In this document: positions 18,441 to 27,411 of the stretch, piece after piece
Position numbering within the stretch: position 1 is the stretch's first letter
Layout of the letters: each line of letters starts with the position of its first letter
From: an uncultured Pseudomonadota bacterium
Lineage (GTDB): Bacteria > SAR324 > NAC60-12
Length of the DNA: 30,573 nt
NCBI GenBank assembly: GCA_913020725.1
Contig: CAJWCD010000024.1
Coordinates: 1-30,573 of the forward strand
Direction: 5' to 3'
The notes under the pieces: model-generated
The model's database searches: none
Told to the model about the DNA's origin: nothing
The model's input: the letters and a program-made list of their open reading frames with translations, nothing else
Translations under genes and position numbers: made by a program

Positions 18441-19727
18441 ATGCAAACCCGAACCTCCTCCGAACTGTTCCAGCGAGCGCAACAACGCATCCCCGGTGGG
18501 GTCAACAGTCCCGTCCGCGCTTTCAAGGCCGTCGGCGGTACCCCAATTTTTATCGAGCGGGCACAGGGTTCGCGGCTCTACGATGTTGACGGCAACGAAT
18601 ACCTCGACTACATCGGCTCATGGGGACCAATGATTCTAGGACACGCGCACGAGCAGGTGACAGCGGCACTGGAAAATGCCCTGCGTCGGGGCACCTCCTT
18701 CGGAACCCCCACCGCTGGAGAGGTGCGGCTGGCCGAGTTGATCAACGAGGCCGTGCCGAGTGTGGAACTGGTGCGACTGGTCAATTCCGGGTCCGAGGCC
18801 GCGATGGGTGTGCTGCGCGTGGCGCGGGGTTACACTGGACGCGACAAGATCGTCAAGTTCGAGGGTTGCTACCATGGCAGTGTGGATGCCCTGCTCGTCA
18901 AAGCCGGTTCCGGCGCAACCACGCTGGGCATTCCCGATTCTCCCGGAGTTCCGGACTCCTTCACGGAACACACGCTGCTGGCCGAGTTCAACGACCTCGA
19001 TTCTGTCTTGGAACTCATTGAAGCGCATCCGGAGGAAATCGCTGGAATCATCTTGGAGCCGGTTGCGGGCAACATGGGCATGATCGCACCTGAGCGTAAC
19101 TTCCTGCAAGGGCTGCGCAGCCTCTGCGACCGTACAGGCATCCTCTTGATTTTCGACGAGGTGATGACCGGATTCCGCGTGGATTTTGGCGGAGCCCAAG
19201 CCTTGTTCAACATCATCCCGGATCTCTCGCTTTTCGGCAAAGTCATCGGTGGCGGATTGCCCGTTGGCGCCTATGGGGGTCGTCAGGACATCATGCTCAA
19301 GGTCGCACCCGCCGGACCTGTTTATCAAGCGGGCACGCTTTCCGGAAACCCTCTTGCGGTGGCCGCTGGATTGACCACGCTGGAACTGCTCAAATCCGAA
19401 AACCCCTTTCCGGAGCTTGCCCGCAAATCTGCATGGCTCACTCAGGAATTCCAAAGCGCGGCCCAGCAAATCGGCATTCCGCTGCAAACGGTTTGCATGG
19501 GCGGGATGTTCGGGATGTTCTTCTCGGAAGAGCCCGTCCGGAATTATCAGGACGCTCTCAAAAGCGACACCGCCCGCTTCACAAGGTTTTTCCAGAGCAT
19601 GTTGCGGCAAGGGATTTACCTTGCCCCCTCCGCATTTGAGTCACTGTTCCTGTCGACGGCACATTCCGATGACGATTTGGAACAAACCGCCGCCGCCGCC
19701 CGCACCGCATTTGCGGAAGCCGCCTGA
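18441..19727 (+). CDS. hemL: Glutamate-1-semialdehyde 2,1-aminomutase
   Basis: IPGGVNSPVRAFKAVGG, SWGPMILGH, FDEVMTGFRV, GKVIGGGLPVGAYGG and YQAGTLSGNPLA. Confidence 0.97.
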   Translation: MQTRTSSELFQRAQQRIPGGVNSPVRAFKAVGGTPIFIERAQGSRLYDVDGNEYLDYIGSWGPMILGHAHEQVTAALENALRRGTSFGTPTAGEVRLAELINEAVPSVELVRLVNSGSEAAMGVLRVARGYTGRDKIVKFEGCYHGSVDALLVKAGSGATTLGIPDSPGVPDSFTEHTLLAEFNDLDSVLELIEAHPEEIAGIILEPVAGNMGMIAPERNFLQGLRSLCDRTGILLIFDEVMTGFRVDFGGAQALFNIIPDLSLFGKVIGGGLPVGAYGGRQDIMLKVAPAGPVYQAGTLSGNPLAVAAGLTTLELLKSENPFPELARKSAWLTQEFQSAAQQIGIPLQTVCMGGMFGMFFSEEPVRNYQDALKSDTARFTRFFQSMLRQGIYLAPSAFESLFLSTAHSDDDLEQTAAAARTAFAEAA

Positions 19728-19733
19728 TCTGCG

Positions 19734-20027
19734 CTAACGCCGCCTTCCGTTCACACGCTCGTCCGGGTGGGTGATTTCGCTGACTCGCAGTCCGTAGCGG
19801 TCATTGACGATCACCACCTCGCCTCGGGCGATCAAGCGGTCTCCGGCGAGCAGATCCACCGATTCGCCTAGAACCTTGTCGAAGCGCACCACCGAGCCCA
19901 CCTCCCAGCGGGCGATCTCGGACATCGAAATCTCCGCCCGCGCCACTTCTGCTTCCAGACGCTGCGGCACATCCGCCAGAAACTCCAGATCCCGTCCGGA
20001 GGTTTCAAGTCCAATTTGTTCAGCCAT
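19734..20027 (-). CDS. fliN: FliN/SpoA-domain flagellar motor switch-like protein
   Basis: LEFLADVP...GSVVRFDKVLGESVDLLAGDRLIARGEVVIVNDRYGLRVSEI. Confidence 0.85.
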   Translation of the reverse strand: MAEQIGLETSGRDLEFLADVPQRLEAEVARAEISMSEIARWEVGSVVRFDKVLGESVDLLAGDRLIARGEVVIVNDRYGLRVSEITHPDERVNGRRR

Positions 20028-20045
20028 GAGGTTTCCTGATGTTCA

Positions 20046-20579
20046 TTAGCTCCTTTCGGAGGCTTCAGCATCTTCTGATGCAGTAGGAATTTCCAAGTCA
20101 TCCTCTTCGGAATCTTCCACTGCTTCCGGCAAAGAGTCGTTTACTTCCGCATTGATTTCGGCAGCAGTTTCGGTTGCATTTGCTACAGTTTCCTCCGTTG
20201 TCACTGCTACCCCTGCTGTGGTGTCCGCAGCCTCAGTAGGTTCCGGCTCCAGAGTTTGCAGGGCAGGAGTTTGGGGCGGTTGCGGAGCCTCCTCATCCAG
20301 TTTGGTGCGAATACTCTCCAAGTCAACGGGCCGGAATTCCGGTCGCGGTTCGATACTGGCTTGCTGCGGGTTGAAATGGGCGAAGCCGGAGCGCTGGGCG
20401 CGGAAATTCGCAACCTCCCGAAGTGGCAGGTCGGCGTGGTTCGACGGGAACAGGTACTGCTCGCCCGGATTCTGCTCCCGCACAGCTTCCGCCAACAACT
20501 GCTCCAGCCGATCCTTGCGTTGCTCTAAGGCATTCAGACGTTCCAGTCGGGCTTGCCGGTCCTCATCCGTCAGTGCCAT
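20046..20579 (-). CDS. Hypothetical protein (N-terminal coiled coil, acidic disordered tail)
   Basis: The ORF fills the gap between the permease and fliN on the same strand, with a purine-rich RBS-like sequence upstream. The C-terminus is E/D/T/A-rich. Confidence 0.65.
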   Translation of the reverse strand: MALTDEDRQARLERLNALEQRKDRLEQLLAEAVREQNPGEQYLFPSNHADLPLREVANFRAQRSGFAHFNPQQASIEPRPEFRPVDLESIRTKLDEEAPQPPQTPALQTLEPEPTEAADTTAGVAVTTEETVANATETAAEINAEVNDSLPEAVEDSEEDDLEIPTASEDAEASERS

Positions 20580-20588
20580 CGCATCCCC

Positions 20589-21707
20589 TTACGCCGCTGC
20601 TACCGTCCGGGTTTGGTTTTTGGAACCGAGCTGTTTCACGAACGCCTCGATTTGCGGGCGGAAGAGGTTTTCCAAAGCTCCTGCGAAGAGGATTACCAAG
20701 CCTTGGATAAGGACGATCATATTGCGATCAACGAACTCCATCTCCAAGTCGAGTTCCGCTCCGCCCTGATAGAGGATACCGAAGAGCAGAGCAGCGAGCA
20801 AGATGCCGAAGGGATGGTTGCGACCGATCAGCGAAACGGCGATGCCCGTGAACCCGTAGCCGAACTGAAAGTTGAGGAGGATACGGTGGTTGAAGCCCAT
20901 CAACTCGTTGATGCCCACGAAACCTGCCAAGCCTCCACAGATCGCCATCGCGAGGATCGTGTTGCGCGTGACGCTGATGCCGCCGTAAACTGCTGCGGTT
21001 TCGTTCGCGCCCACGGTCCGGAGTTCGTAGCCCCAGCGTGTGTGCCAGACAAAACGCCAGACGAGAAACGCGCAGAACAACGCCCAGAAGAAGGTGAAAT
21101 TGAGTGGCGTCGGCGTGATCTCGATGCCGAGTGGGGCGAGGATTTCGTGCATTGCCGGAAGGAAACCACCCTGCCCGAATTCGCGAGACTCCGGAGACAT
21201 CTGCCCCGGCTGGATGAGGACGTTGACGAGCAAATAGACCATCAGCACGGACGCGATGAAGTTGAACATGATGGTCGTGATCACCACATGGCTGCCGCGC
21301 TTGGCCTGCAAGTATCCCGGAATTGCCCCCCAAATTCCGCCCAACACCACTGCCGCCAGCACCGCGAGGGGGAACACCAGCAACGTCGGCCAATCTCCCC
21401 ACCAGAGACACACCAGCCCCACGCCCAGTCCGCCGATGTAGGCTTGCCCTTCCGCGCCGATGTTGAAGAGTCGGCAGTGGAAACCCACCGCGAAGGCGAG
21501 TCCGGTGAAGATGAAGTTGGTCGTGTAGTAGAGCGTGTAACCAATGCCTTCATCATAGCCGAATGCGCCATAGAGCAGCGTTTCCAGCGCAAACAGTGGA
21601 TCCTCTCCCACCGACCAGACAAAGACTCCGGAGATGACGAAGGCAATCAGCAGGTTGATGACGGTGATGAGGGTGACGACGAGGATATTGGCGGTGCGTA
21701 CGCTCAT
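20589..21707 (-). CDS. Nucleoside/sugar ABC transporter permease (NupB/YufP-like)
   Basis: LFNIGAEGQ, HVVITTIMFNFIA, GYELRTVGANETAAVYGGI and GYGFTGIAVSLIGRNHP, with multiple TMs. Confidence 0.92.
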   Translation of the reverse strand: MSVRTANILVVTLITVINLLIAFVISGVFVWSVGEDPLFALETLLYGAFGYDEGIGYTLYYTTNFIFTGLAFAVGFHCRLFNIGAEGQAYIGGLGVGLVCLWWGDWPTLLVFPLAVLAAVVLGGIWGAIPGYLQAKRGSHVVITTIMFNFIASVLMVYLLVNVLIQPGQMSPESREFGQGGFLPAMHEILAPLGIEITPTPLNFTFFWALFCAFLVWRFVWHTRWGYELRTVGANETAAVYGGISVTRNTILAMAICGGLAGFVGINELMGFNHRILLNFQFGYGFTGIAVSLIGRNHPFGILLAALLFGILYQGGAELDLEMEFVDRNMIVLIQGLVILFAGALENLFRPQIEAFVKQLGSKNQTRTVAAA

Positions 21708-23230
21708 GCGGCCTCCTGTTGTACACCTGCCATCAGCAAGCCGATGGCCCGTTCGTCCGCTTCCGCCACCGGGATTTCACCCATCAGTCGTCCACTGAAC
21801 ATCACGAGGATGCGATCACTCAACGAGAGGATTTCATCGAGTTCCACTGAGACCAGCAGCACGGCTTTGCCCGCGTCACGCATGGCGAGGATGCGGCGGT
21901 GGATGAACTCGATTGCACCGATGTCCACCCCCCGTGTCGGCTGCCCGACCACAAGTAGGCTGGGATCGCGTTCCATCTCGCGGGCAACGACGAGCTTCTG
22001 CTGGTTGCCTCCGGAGAAGAGGGAGGAGCGCAACAGCGGATTGGCCGGACGCACATCGTAAGCAGTCATTTCCCGCTGCGCCTCCGCGATGATTTGCTTA
22101 CGGTTCATTTCGATGAGTCCATTGTATTTCGGATCGCGGTGGTAGCCGAGGATGATGTTCTCGGCGGCCTCAAAAGTGCTCACCAAGCCCATGCGCTGTC
22201 GGTCTTCCGGAACATGCGCCAGCCCAAGCTCGCGGAGCCGTGCCCCGTCCGCATGAGCCTCCGGAGTGATTTCTGTGCCGTTGAGCCGCAGCCGTCCTTG
22301 CTGAAGGGGGCGGATTCCTGTGATGACCTCCAGAAGCTCGGTCTGCCCGTTTCCGGAAACCCCCGCGACACCAATGATCTCGCCGGCCCGGACTTCAAAA
22401 CTCACATCCTTGACGCGCTCAACTCCAGCCTCGTCCCGGACGCTGAGGTGTTCGACCGCCAGCACGGGTTCGCCCGGATGCGCTGGAGCCTTGTCCACGC
22501 GCAGCAGCACCTTGCGGCCCACCATCAGTTCGGCGAGTTCCTCCTGATTCGTCTCGGAAGTCAGGCGGTGTGCGACCATTTTTCCTTGCCGCATCACCGA
22601 AACGTGGTCGGTGACTGCCATGATTTCCCGGAGTTTGTGGGTGATGAGGATCACCGTCTTCCCTTGGCTGCGGAGTTCGGAGAGGATATGAAAAAGGTCA
22701 TCCGCCTCCTGCGGGGTCAGCACCCCGGTGGGTTCGTCAAGGATGAGGATGTCCACCCCCCGGTAGAGCGCCTTGAGGATTTCCACGCGCTGTTGCAAAC
22801 CCACGGGCAGATCTTGGATGAGCGCATCGGCATCCACCTCCAGACGATACTCCCGTTCCAGCCGTAGCAGTTCCTGACGCGCATTCTCCAAGGAGCGGTC
22901 GAGTTGGAATCCGGACTCCACCCCCAGCACCACGTTTTCCAGCACGGTGAAGGTGTCCACAAGCATGAAGTGCTGATGCACCATCCCAATCCCGGATTCG
23001 ATGGCGTCGTGGGCGCTGTGAATCTTCAGCGCTTTGCCCTGTACGCGAATCTCCCCGGCATCGGCTTGGTAGAAGCCGTAGAGGATGCTCATCAACGTGG
23101 ACTTGCCCGCGCCGTTTTCCCCAATGATGCCGTGAATCGTCCCGGACTTCACCGTCAAGTTGACGTCGTGGTTGGCCTGTACGGCACCAAAGTGCTTGCT
23201 GATGCCGATCAGTTCAATGGCGGCGGGCAT
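21704..23230 (-). CDS. Nucleoside/sugar ABC transporter ATP-binding protein (CUT2, two NBDs)
   Basis: GENGAGKST, GIGMVHQHF, ILDEPT, FSGGNQQK and PTRGVDIGA. Confidence 0.95.
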   Translation of the reverse strand: MPAAIELIGISKHFGAVQANHDVNLTVKSGTIHGIIGENGAGKSTLMSILYGFYQADAGEIRVQGKALKIHSAHDAIESGIGMVHQHFMLVDTFTVLENVVLGVESGFQLDRSLENARQELLRLEREYRLEVDADALIQDLPVGLQQRVEILKALYRGVDILILDEPTGVLTPQEADDLFHILSELRSQGKTVILITHKLREIMAVTDHVSVMRQGKMVAHRLTSETNQEELAELMVGRKVLLRVDKAPAHPGEPVLAVEHLSVRDEAGVERVKDVSFEVRAGEIIGVAGVSGNGQTELLEVITGIRPLQQGRLRLNGTEITPEAHADGARLRELGLAHVPEDRQRMGLVSTFEAAENIILGYHRDPKYNGLIEMNRKQIIAEAQREMTAYDVRPANPLLRSSLFSGGNQQKLVVAREMERDPSLLVVGQPTRGVDIGAIEFIHRRILAMRDAGKAVLLVSVELDEILSLSDRILVMFSGRLMGEIPVAEADERAIGLLMAGVQQEAA

Positions 23231-23241
23231 TTCAGATTTTC

Positions 23242-23297
23242 GTTTTCAGTTTTCAGTTTTAAAATTCAGCCAAGAACGCACAAGAACTGACAAGAAC
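23242..23297. repeat. Short tandem repeats (7-nt GTTTTCA x3; CAAGAAC x3 at 10-nt period)
   Basis: GTTTTCA at 23242 and 23249, GTTTTAA at 23256; CAAGAAC at 23271, 23281 and 23291. Confidence 0.75.
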
Positions 23298-23434
23298 CTC
23301 ATGCTGTTTTCATGCGCGGATTCAACTCGTAAATGCAACTCACCCAATTCGAGACCTGTCCCTTCTCTCGCGCTACCTCCCCCATGTTGTGCGCGGGTAC
23401 GCCACCCGTGCTATCACCTAAACCCCTACAGCCT

Positions 23435-24373
23435 TCAGAGCTTGGCTAACCGTTCGTAAAGCAGTTCGAAAAAACCGTCGGCATCAATGGAGTGCATCAC
23501 GGTCGCGTTGGGTTCGCGGTCAGTGACGTTCCACCAGTCCATCACAGTCATGCCCATCGCCAGCGCCGAGTGGGTTTCCACCTCCACATTGACGAACTTG
23601 CCCTTGAACAATTCCGGGCGCAGCAGGTAGGCGATCACAGTAGGATCGTGTAGCGGCCCGCCGGTGGTGCCATATTTTTCCACGTCGTGCCGCTCGTAGA
23701 AATTGAGCATCCCGTAAGTGGCCTTCCCAACAGAGGTGTTGAGCGTTTTGAAGCTTTCCAGCCATTCCCGCTGCATGAGAGCCTTGTGAGTGACATCGAG
23801 CGGCATGACGGTGAGGGGCCGTCCGCACTCGAAAGTAGCGCGGGCCGCGTGGGGATCCACAAAAATATTGAACTCCCCGGTGGGCGTGATGTTTCCACCC
23901 TCAAAAAAACCCCCGCCCATGATCACGATTTCGCGGATTTTCGGGAGGATGTCTGGCGCCTTCGCAATCGCCATGCCGATGTTTGTGAGCGGTGCGAGCG
24001 TGCAAAGTGTGATCGAATTGTCTTCAGCATTCTGGAGCGTGTCGATGATCCAATCCACGCCGTGCTGCGGCTGGAGCGGATGCGTTGGCTCCGGGATGTC
24101 CCAGCCGTCCAAACCGGTTTTTCCGTGGACGTGTTCGGCGGTGACGAGATCGTGAACCAACGGTCCCGGACAGCCTTCGTAGACCGGAACGTCGGGGCGT
24201 TTGGCCAACTCGACGAGGGCGCGGGCGTTGTGGGTGGTTTTGTCGAGCGGGACGTTGCCGGCAACTGTGACAATGCCAAGAATTTCCAGTTGCTCCGGAG
24301 ACGCGAGTGCAAGCAGGAGCGCAATTGCGTCGTCTTGTCCGGGGTCGGTATCAATGATGATGGGACGGGGCAT
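23435..24373 (-). CDS. Nucleoside hydrolase (IUNH/Rih family)
   Basis: IIDTDPGQDDAIA, TVAGNV, HVHGKTGL, PLTN, EFNIFVDPHAA and LHDP motifs. Confidence 0.95.
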   Translation of the reverse strand: MPRPIIIDTDPGQDDAIALLLALASPEQLEILGIVTVAGNVPLDKTTHNARALVELAKRPDVPVYEGCPGPLVHDLVTAEHVHGKTGLDGWDIPEPTHPLQPQHGVDWIIDTLQNAEDNSITLCTLAPLTNIGMAIAKAPDILPKIREIVIMGGGFFEGGNITPTGEFNIFVDPHAARATFECGRPLTVMPLDVTHKALMQREWLESFKTLNTSVGKATYGMLNFYERHDVEKYGTTGGPLHDPTVIAYLLRPELFKGKFVNVEVETHSALAMGMTVMDWWNVTDREPNATVMHSIDADGFFELLYERLAKL

Positions 24374-24443
24374 TGGCGTTTCTGTGAATGCGAAAACAAA
24401 TACGTTAGCGGGGATGCCCTAGAAGGTTCAAGAGGATTCGGGA

Positions 24444-25193
24444 TCAGCGCAACCGCTTGAAACGCAGAGTGCCCTCGCGGTTCCCGGATTTCCAGTCACA
24501 GTCGAAGCGGAGATCCGGTTCCGGGAGTTTGCAAGTGTACTCCCCGCTTTTGCCGCTGTAGGGGTAGTGGCTGGTCCAGCCCAAGAGCCTGCCGTCCTCA
24601 ATGCGGGCGTTGCGCACTTCAATCTTACGCCCGTCCCGGCTTTGCACCGTTTTCAGGGACACTGCTCCAGATTTGCCCCGGAGGGTCAAGTAGAGCGAGC
24701 AGCTTTTCCCACTCTGCGGCTTGAGGCCCAAGCGGATCAGGCAGCCCTTCCAGCGTCCAGTTAGACGAAAACCCTTGGGCAAAGGGGGCCGCGCCTTAGC
24801 GATTTGGCAATCCTCCAAAGGCAGCGCCTCCCGTCCGGAACCAACAGGCTTAGCCAGCCGAGCTTCCACGCGGACGGCCATGCCGGATTCAAATTCGGCA
24901 AAGTTGATGGCTTCGTTCGGAGTCAGCAGACAACGAAATTGCAACTTGCCGGAATCAATGAGCAGTGCCCATGCTTCCGGAACCTGATTGGCAATTGGGG
25001 ACAGTCGCAGAAAACGCCCGGAGGCTTGCACAGACTTGCCGAGGTAGTTTTTACGGTAGCGGATCTCGTTACCCTGCAGGGCTTGCAACGCGTTCGGTAG
25101 TTTTTCCAAACTCAGAACATCCTGCCCCAACACCGGATTCGTGCCGTAGCACCCCAGCACAAGGACAAGAACAAGAATAATTCTGAAAATCAC
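24444..25193 (-). CDS. Hypothetical exported protein, possible OB-fold (tRNA_anti-like) N-terminal domain
   Basis: Signal peptide from GTG 25193. NEIRYRKNYLGKSVQASG...C...GMAVRVEA...LEDC resembles exported OB-fold proteins. Confidence 0.55.
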   Translation of the reverse strand: MIFRIILVLVLVLGCYGTNPVLGQDVLSLEKLPNALQALQGNEIRYRKNYLGKSVQASGRFLRLSPIANQVPEAWALLIDSGKLQFRCLLTPNEAINFAEFESGMAVRVEARLAKPVGSGREALPLEDCQIAKARPPLPKGFRLTGRWKGCLIRLGLKPQSGKSCSLYLTLRGKSGAVSLKTVQSRDGRKIEVRNARIEDGRLLGWTSHYPYSGKSGEYTCKLPEPDLRFDCDWKSGNREGTLRFKRLR

Positions 25194-25223
25194 GCTGCCG
25201 CCAAACAAGTAAAAATGGAGGGA

Positions 25224-25248
25224 ATCCGGAGCGGAGACCGCTCCGGAT
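25224..25248 (-). terminator. Hairpin downstream of the BMP gene (terminator or mRNA-stabilising stem)
   Basis: Perfect 11-bp inverted repeat ATCCGGAGCGG-AGA-CCGCTCCGGAT. On the minus strand a T-run follows a few nt later. Confidence 0.6.
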
Positions 25249-25275
25249 GTGGTCAATCAGGATCAATGTGCTGAT

Positions 25276-26295
25276 TTACTTCCTGATCAGAGCCTGATGT
25301 GAGAGGCAAGACATGGTGTCGTCGTAGCGATGGACTCGGAGTTTGCCGGAGTTAATATCTTGACGAACCTGCTCCGCTTTGTTCTTCATCGCGCTACTGA
25401 TGAGATGGGCGTTGTGTTCGTCAAGTGCCCAGCCCACGCCATCTTCGGCGAGGCCCAAGACCTTGACGCCGGGCTTCCAGGTCCCTTCGTGAGCCGTCTT
25501 GAAGATTTCGTAGGCCGCAACGTCCACACGCTTGAGCATGGAGGTCAACACATATCCGGGTTGGATGTGGTTCTGGTTGCTGTCCACACCGATGGCGAGT
25601 TTCTTGTTGTCCGCCGCTGCTTGCAACACCCCCAGTCCGGTGCCGCCTGCTGCTGCATAAACGATGTCCGCACCGTTGTCGTACATACTCTTCGCCAGTT
25701 CTCCACCTTTTGTCGGGTTATTCCACGCCGCCGGAGTGGAGCCTGTCATCTTCTGATAGACGGTGGCCTTGGGGTTGATGTATTTCACCCCTTGCTCGTA
25801 CCCACAGGCGAAGCGCCGAATCAGCGGGATGTCCATGCCGCCGACAAAGCCGACCTTGCCAGTCTCGCTTTTCATCGCGGCAAGCACGCCGACAAGGAAG
25901 GACCCCTCATGCTCCTTGAAAGCGATGCCTTGCACATTCGGCAGGTTCAGCCAATCCACATCAATGATGCTGAACTTGGTGTTCGGGAACTCCTGGGCGA
26001 CCTTCTCGACAGCCGAAGCTTGCGCGAAGCCCACGGCGATCACCACCTCGGATCCTTTCTGCGCAAAGCGGCGCAGGTACTGTTCACGCTGAGCTTCTTG
26101 CGTGACCTCGGCTTCGCGGTAGCGGATGCCCGTTTCTTTGCGGAACTGCTCGGTGCCGTTCCAGATACCCTCGTTGAAGGATTTGTCGAACTTGCCGCCC
26201 ATGTCAAAGACGACCGCCGGTTTGAAGGCCAGCGCCGGGACGGCCAACACCGCCAGCAACGCAGCGGCCAGCAGTGTGTTGAACACACGTTCCAT
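25276..26295 (-). CDS. BMP family ABC substrate-binding protein (nucleoside-binding)
   Basis: GGKFDKSFNE, FKEHEGSFLVG, GFVGGMDIPLI, AAGGTGLG, IGVDSNQN and SMLKRVD. Signal peptide and AAGGAG RBS. Confidence 0.94.
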   Translation of the reverse strand: MERVFNTLLAAALLAVLAVPALAFKPAVVFDMGGKFDKSFNEGIWNGTEQFRKETGIRYREAEVTQEAQREQYLRRFAQKGSEVVIAVGFAQASAVEKVAQEFPNTKFSIIDVDWLNLPNVQGIAFKEHEGSFLVGVLAAMKSETGKVGFVGGMDIPLIRRFACGYEQGVKYINPKATVYQKMTGSTPAAWNNPTKGGELAKSMYDNGADIVYAAAGGTGLGVLQAAADNKKLAIGVDSNQNHIQPGYVLTSMLKRVDVAAYEIFKTAHEGTWKPGVKVLGLAEDGVGWALDEHNAHLISSAMKNKAEQVRQDINSGKLRVHRYDDTMSCLSHQALIRK

Positions 26296-26434
26296 ATCAT
26301 GCTCCTTGGTTTTGCTCCGGAAATCCGGAAAGTGAAGAAAGCGCTGCGGAATGCAGCAAGCTGCCGTCCATCCCCAGACGGCACACTACGGGGTGCAAGT
26401 CTAGACGGAATGCTCCCAATGATCAACGAAAATT

Positions 26435-27325
26435 TTACAACTCCAAGGACGGCAAACCCTGTTGCCAGCGGGCGGAGTTGACGGTGTTCACCATCAGCAT
26501 GGCGATTGTCATCGGCCCCACGCCGCCGGGCACGGGGGTGATCGCCGAGGCGATTTCCGAAACCGGGCCGTAGGCGACATCGCCCACAAGCCGACTGCCC
26601 TTGGGGGCGCTGGCGTCCTCAATGCGGTTGATGCCCACATCGATGACCACCGCTCCGGGCTTGACCATCTCGGTGGTGACGAACTCAGGCCGTCCAAGCG
26701 CGGCAATCAAAATGTCCGCCTGACTTGTCACAGACGGCAAATCGCGGGTGCGGGAGTGGCAGGTGGTGACCGTCGCATCCCAGCCCTTGCTGGAGAGCAG
26801 GGTTGCCATCGGGCGTCCAAAGAGATTGCTGCGCCCCAGCACAACCGCGTGGCTTCCGGAAGTTTGCACGCCGCTGCGCTTGAGCAGCTGGAGGACTCCG
26901 TAGGGAGTGCAGGAGATAAATTTCGGCGTGCCCATCGCAATCAGCCCGGCGTTGATGGGATGGAGACCGTCCACGTCTTTGTCCGGCGAGAGCGTCTGGA
27001 TCACGCGGACTTCGTTTAGTTCGTCCGGCAGCGGAAGTTGACAGAGGATGCCATGCACGGTGGGGTCGTCGTTGAGCTGGCGAATGAGTGCTTCCAGTTC
27101 CTCTTGGGTGGTGGTGGCCGGAAGGTCATGCGAGAGCGAGCGCATCCCAAGCTGTTCGGAGGTGCGGCGCTTGCTGCCGACGTACACCTGCGAAGCGGGG
27201 TCGGACCCCACAAGAATGACCGCGAGGCACGGTTGGGTTCCTGCGTTGGTGAGGCGTTCGACCTCCGGACGAAGCTCTTCAAGAATCTGATCTCGAATGG
27301 TTTTTCCAGAAATGATGTCTGCCAT
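26435..27325 (-). CDS. folD: Bifunctional methylenetetrahydrofolate dehydrogenase/cyclohydrolase
   Basis: YVGSK, GILCQLPLP, KDVDGLHP, CTPYG, VIDVGIN and ITPVPGGVGPMT. Confidence 0.97.
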   Translation of the reverse strand: MADIISGKTIRDQILEELRPEVERLTNAGTQPCLAVILVGSDPASQVYVGSKRRTSEQLGMRSLSHDLPATTTQEELEALIRQLNDDPTVHGILCQLPLPDELNEVRVIQTLSPDKDVDGLHPINAGLIAMGTPKFISCTPYGVLQLLKRSGVQTSGSHAVVLGRSNLFGRPMATLLSSKGWDATVTTCHSRTRDLPSVTSQADILIAALGRPEFVTTEMVKPGAVVIDVGINRIEDASAPKGSRLVGDVAYGPVSEIASAITPVPGGVGPMTIAMLMVNTVNSARWQQGLPSLEL

Positions 27326-27411
27326 GATGTTACAAGGGTTGGGTTTTCGCTTAAGCTTTTCGAAGCATGCGCTACACTGAAACCCTTGTCACAACCAACA
27401 CCAAGTTCCGA

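Noticed and set aside
20553..22061. 502-aa ORF on the + strand, and similar long antisense ORFs (10922-12352, 25330-26481, 9883-11016, 18636-19610, 3333-4289, 4554-5585)
   Set aside because: These are shadows of well-supported genes on the opposite strand in GC-rich DNA, with no recognisable motifs.
23242..23297. CRISPR array or iteron origin
   Set aside because: Units are only 7-10 nt with no unique spacers, and there are no cas or rep genes.
23330..23380. Degenerate GxxExxY-type gene fragment on the minus strand (…EGTGLELGEL…)
   Set aside because: The similarity is limited to a few residues and is not distinguishable from chance without a search.
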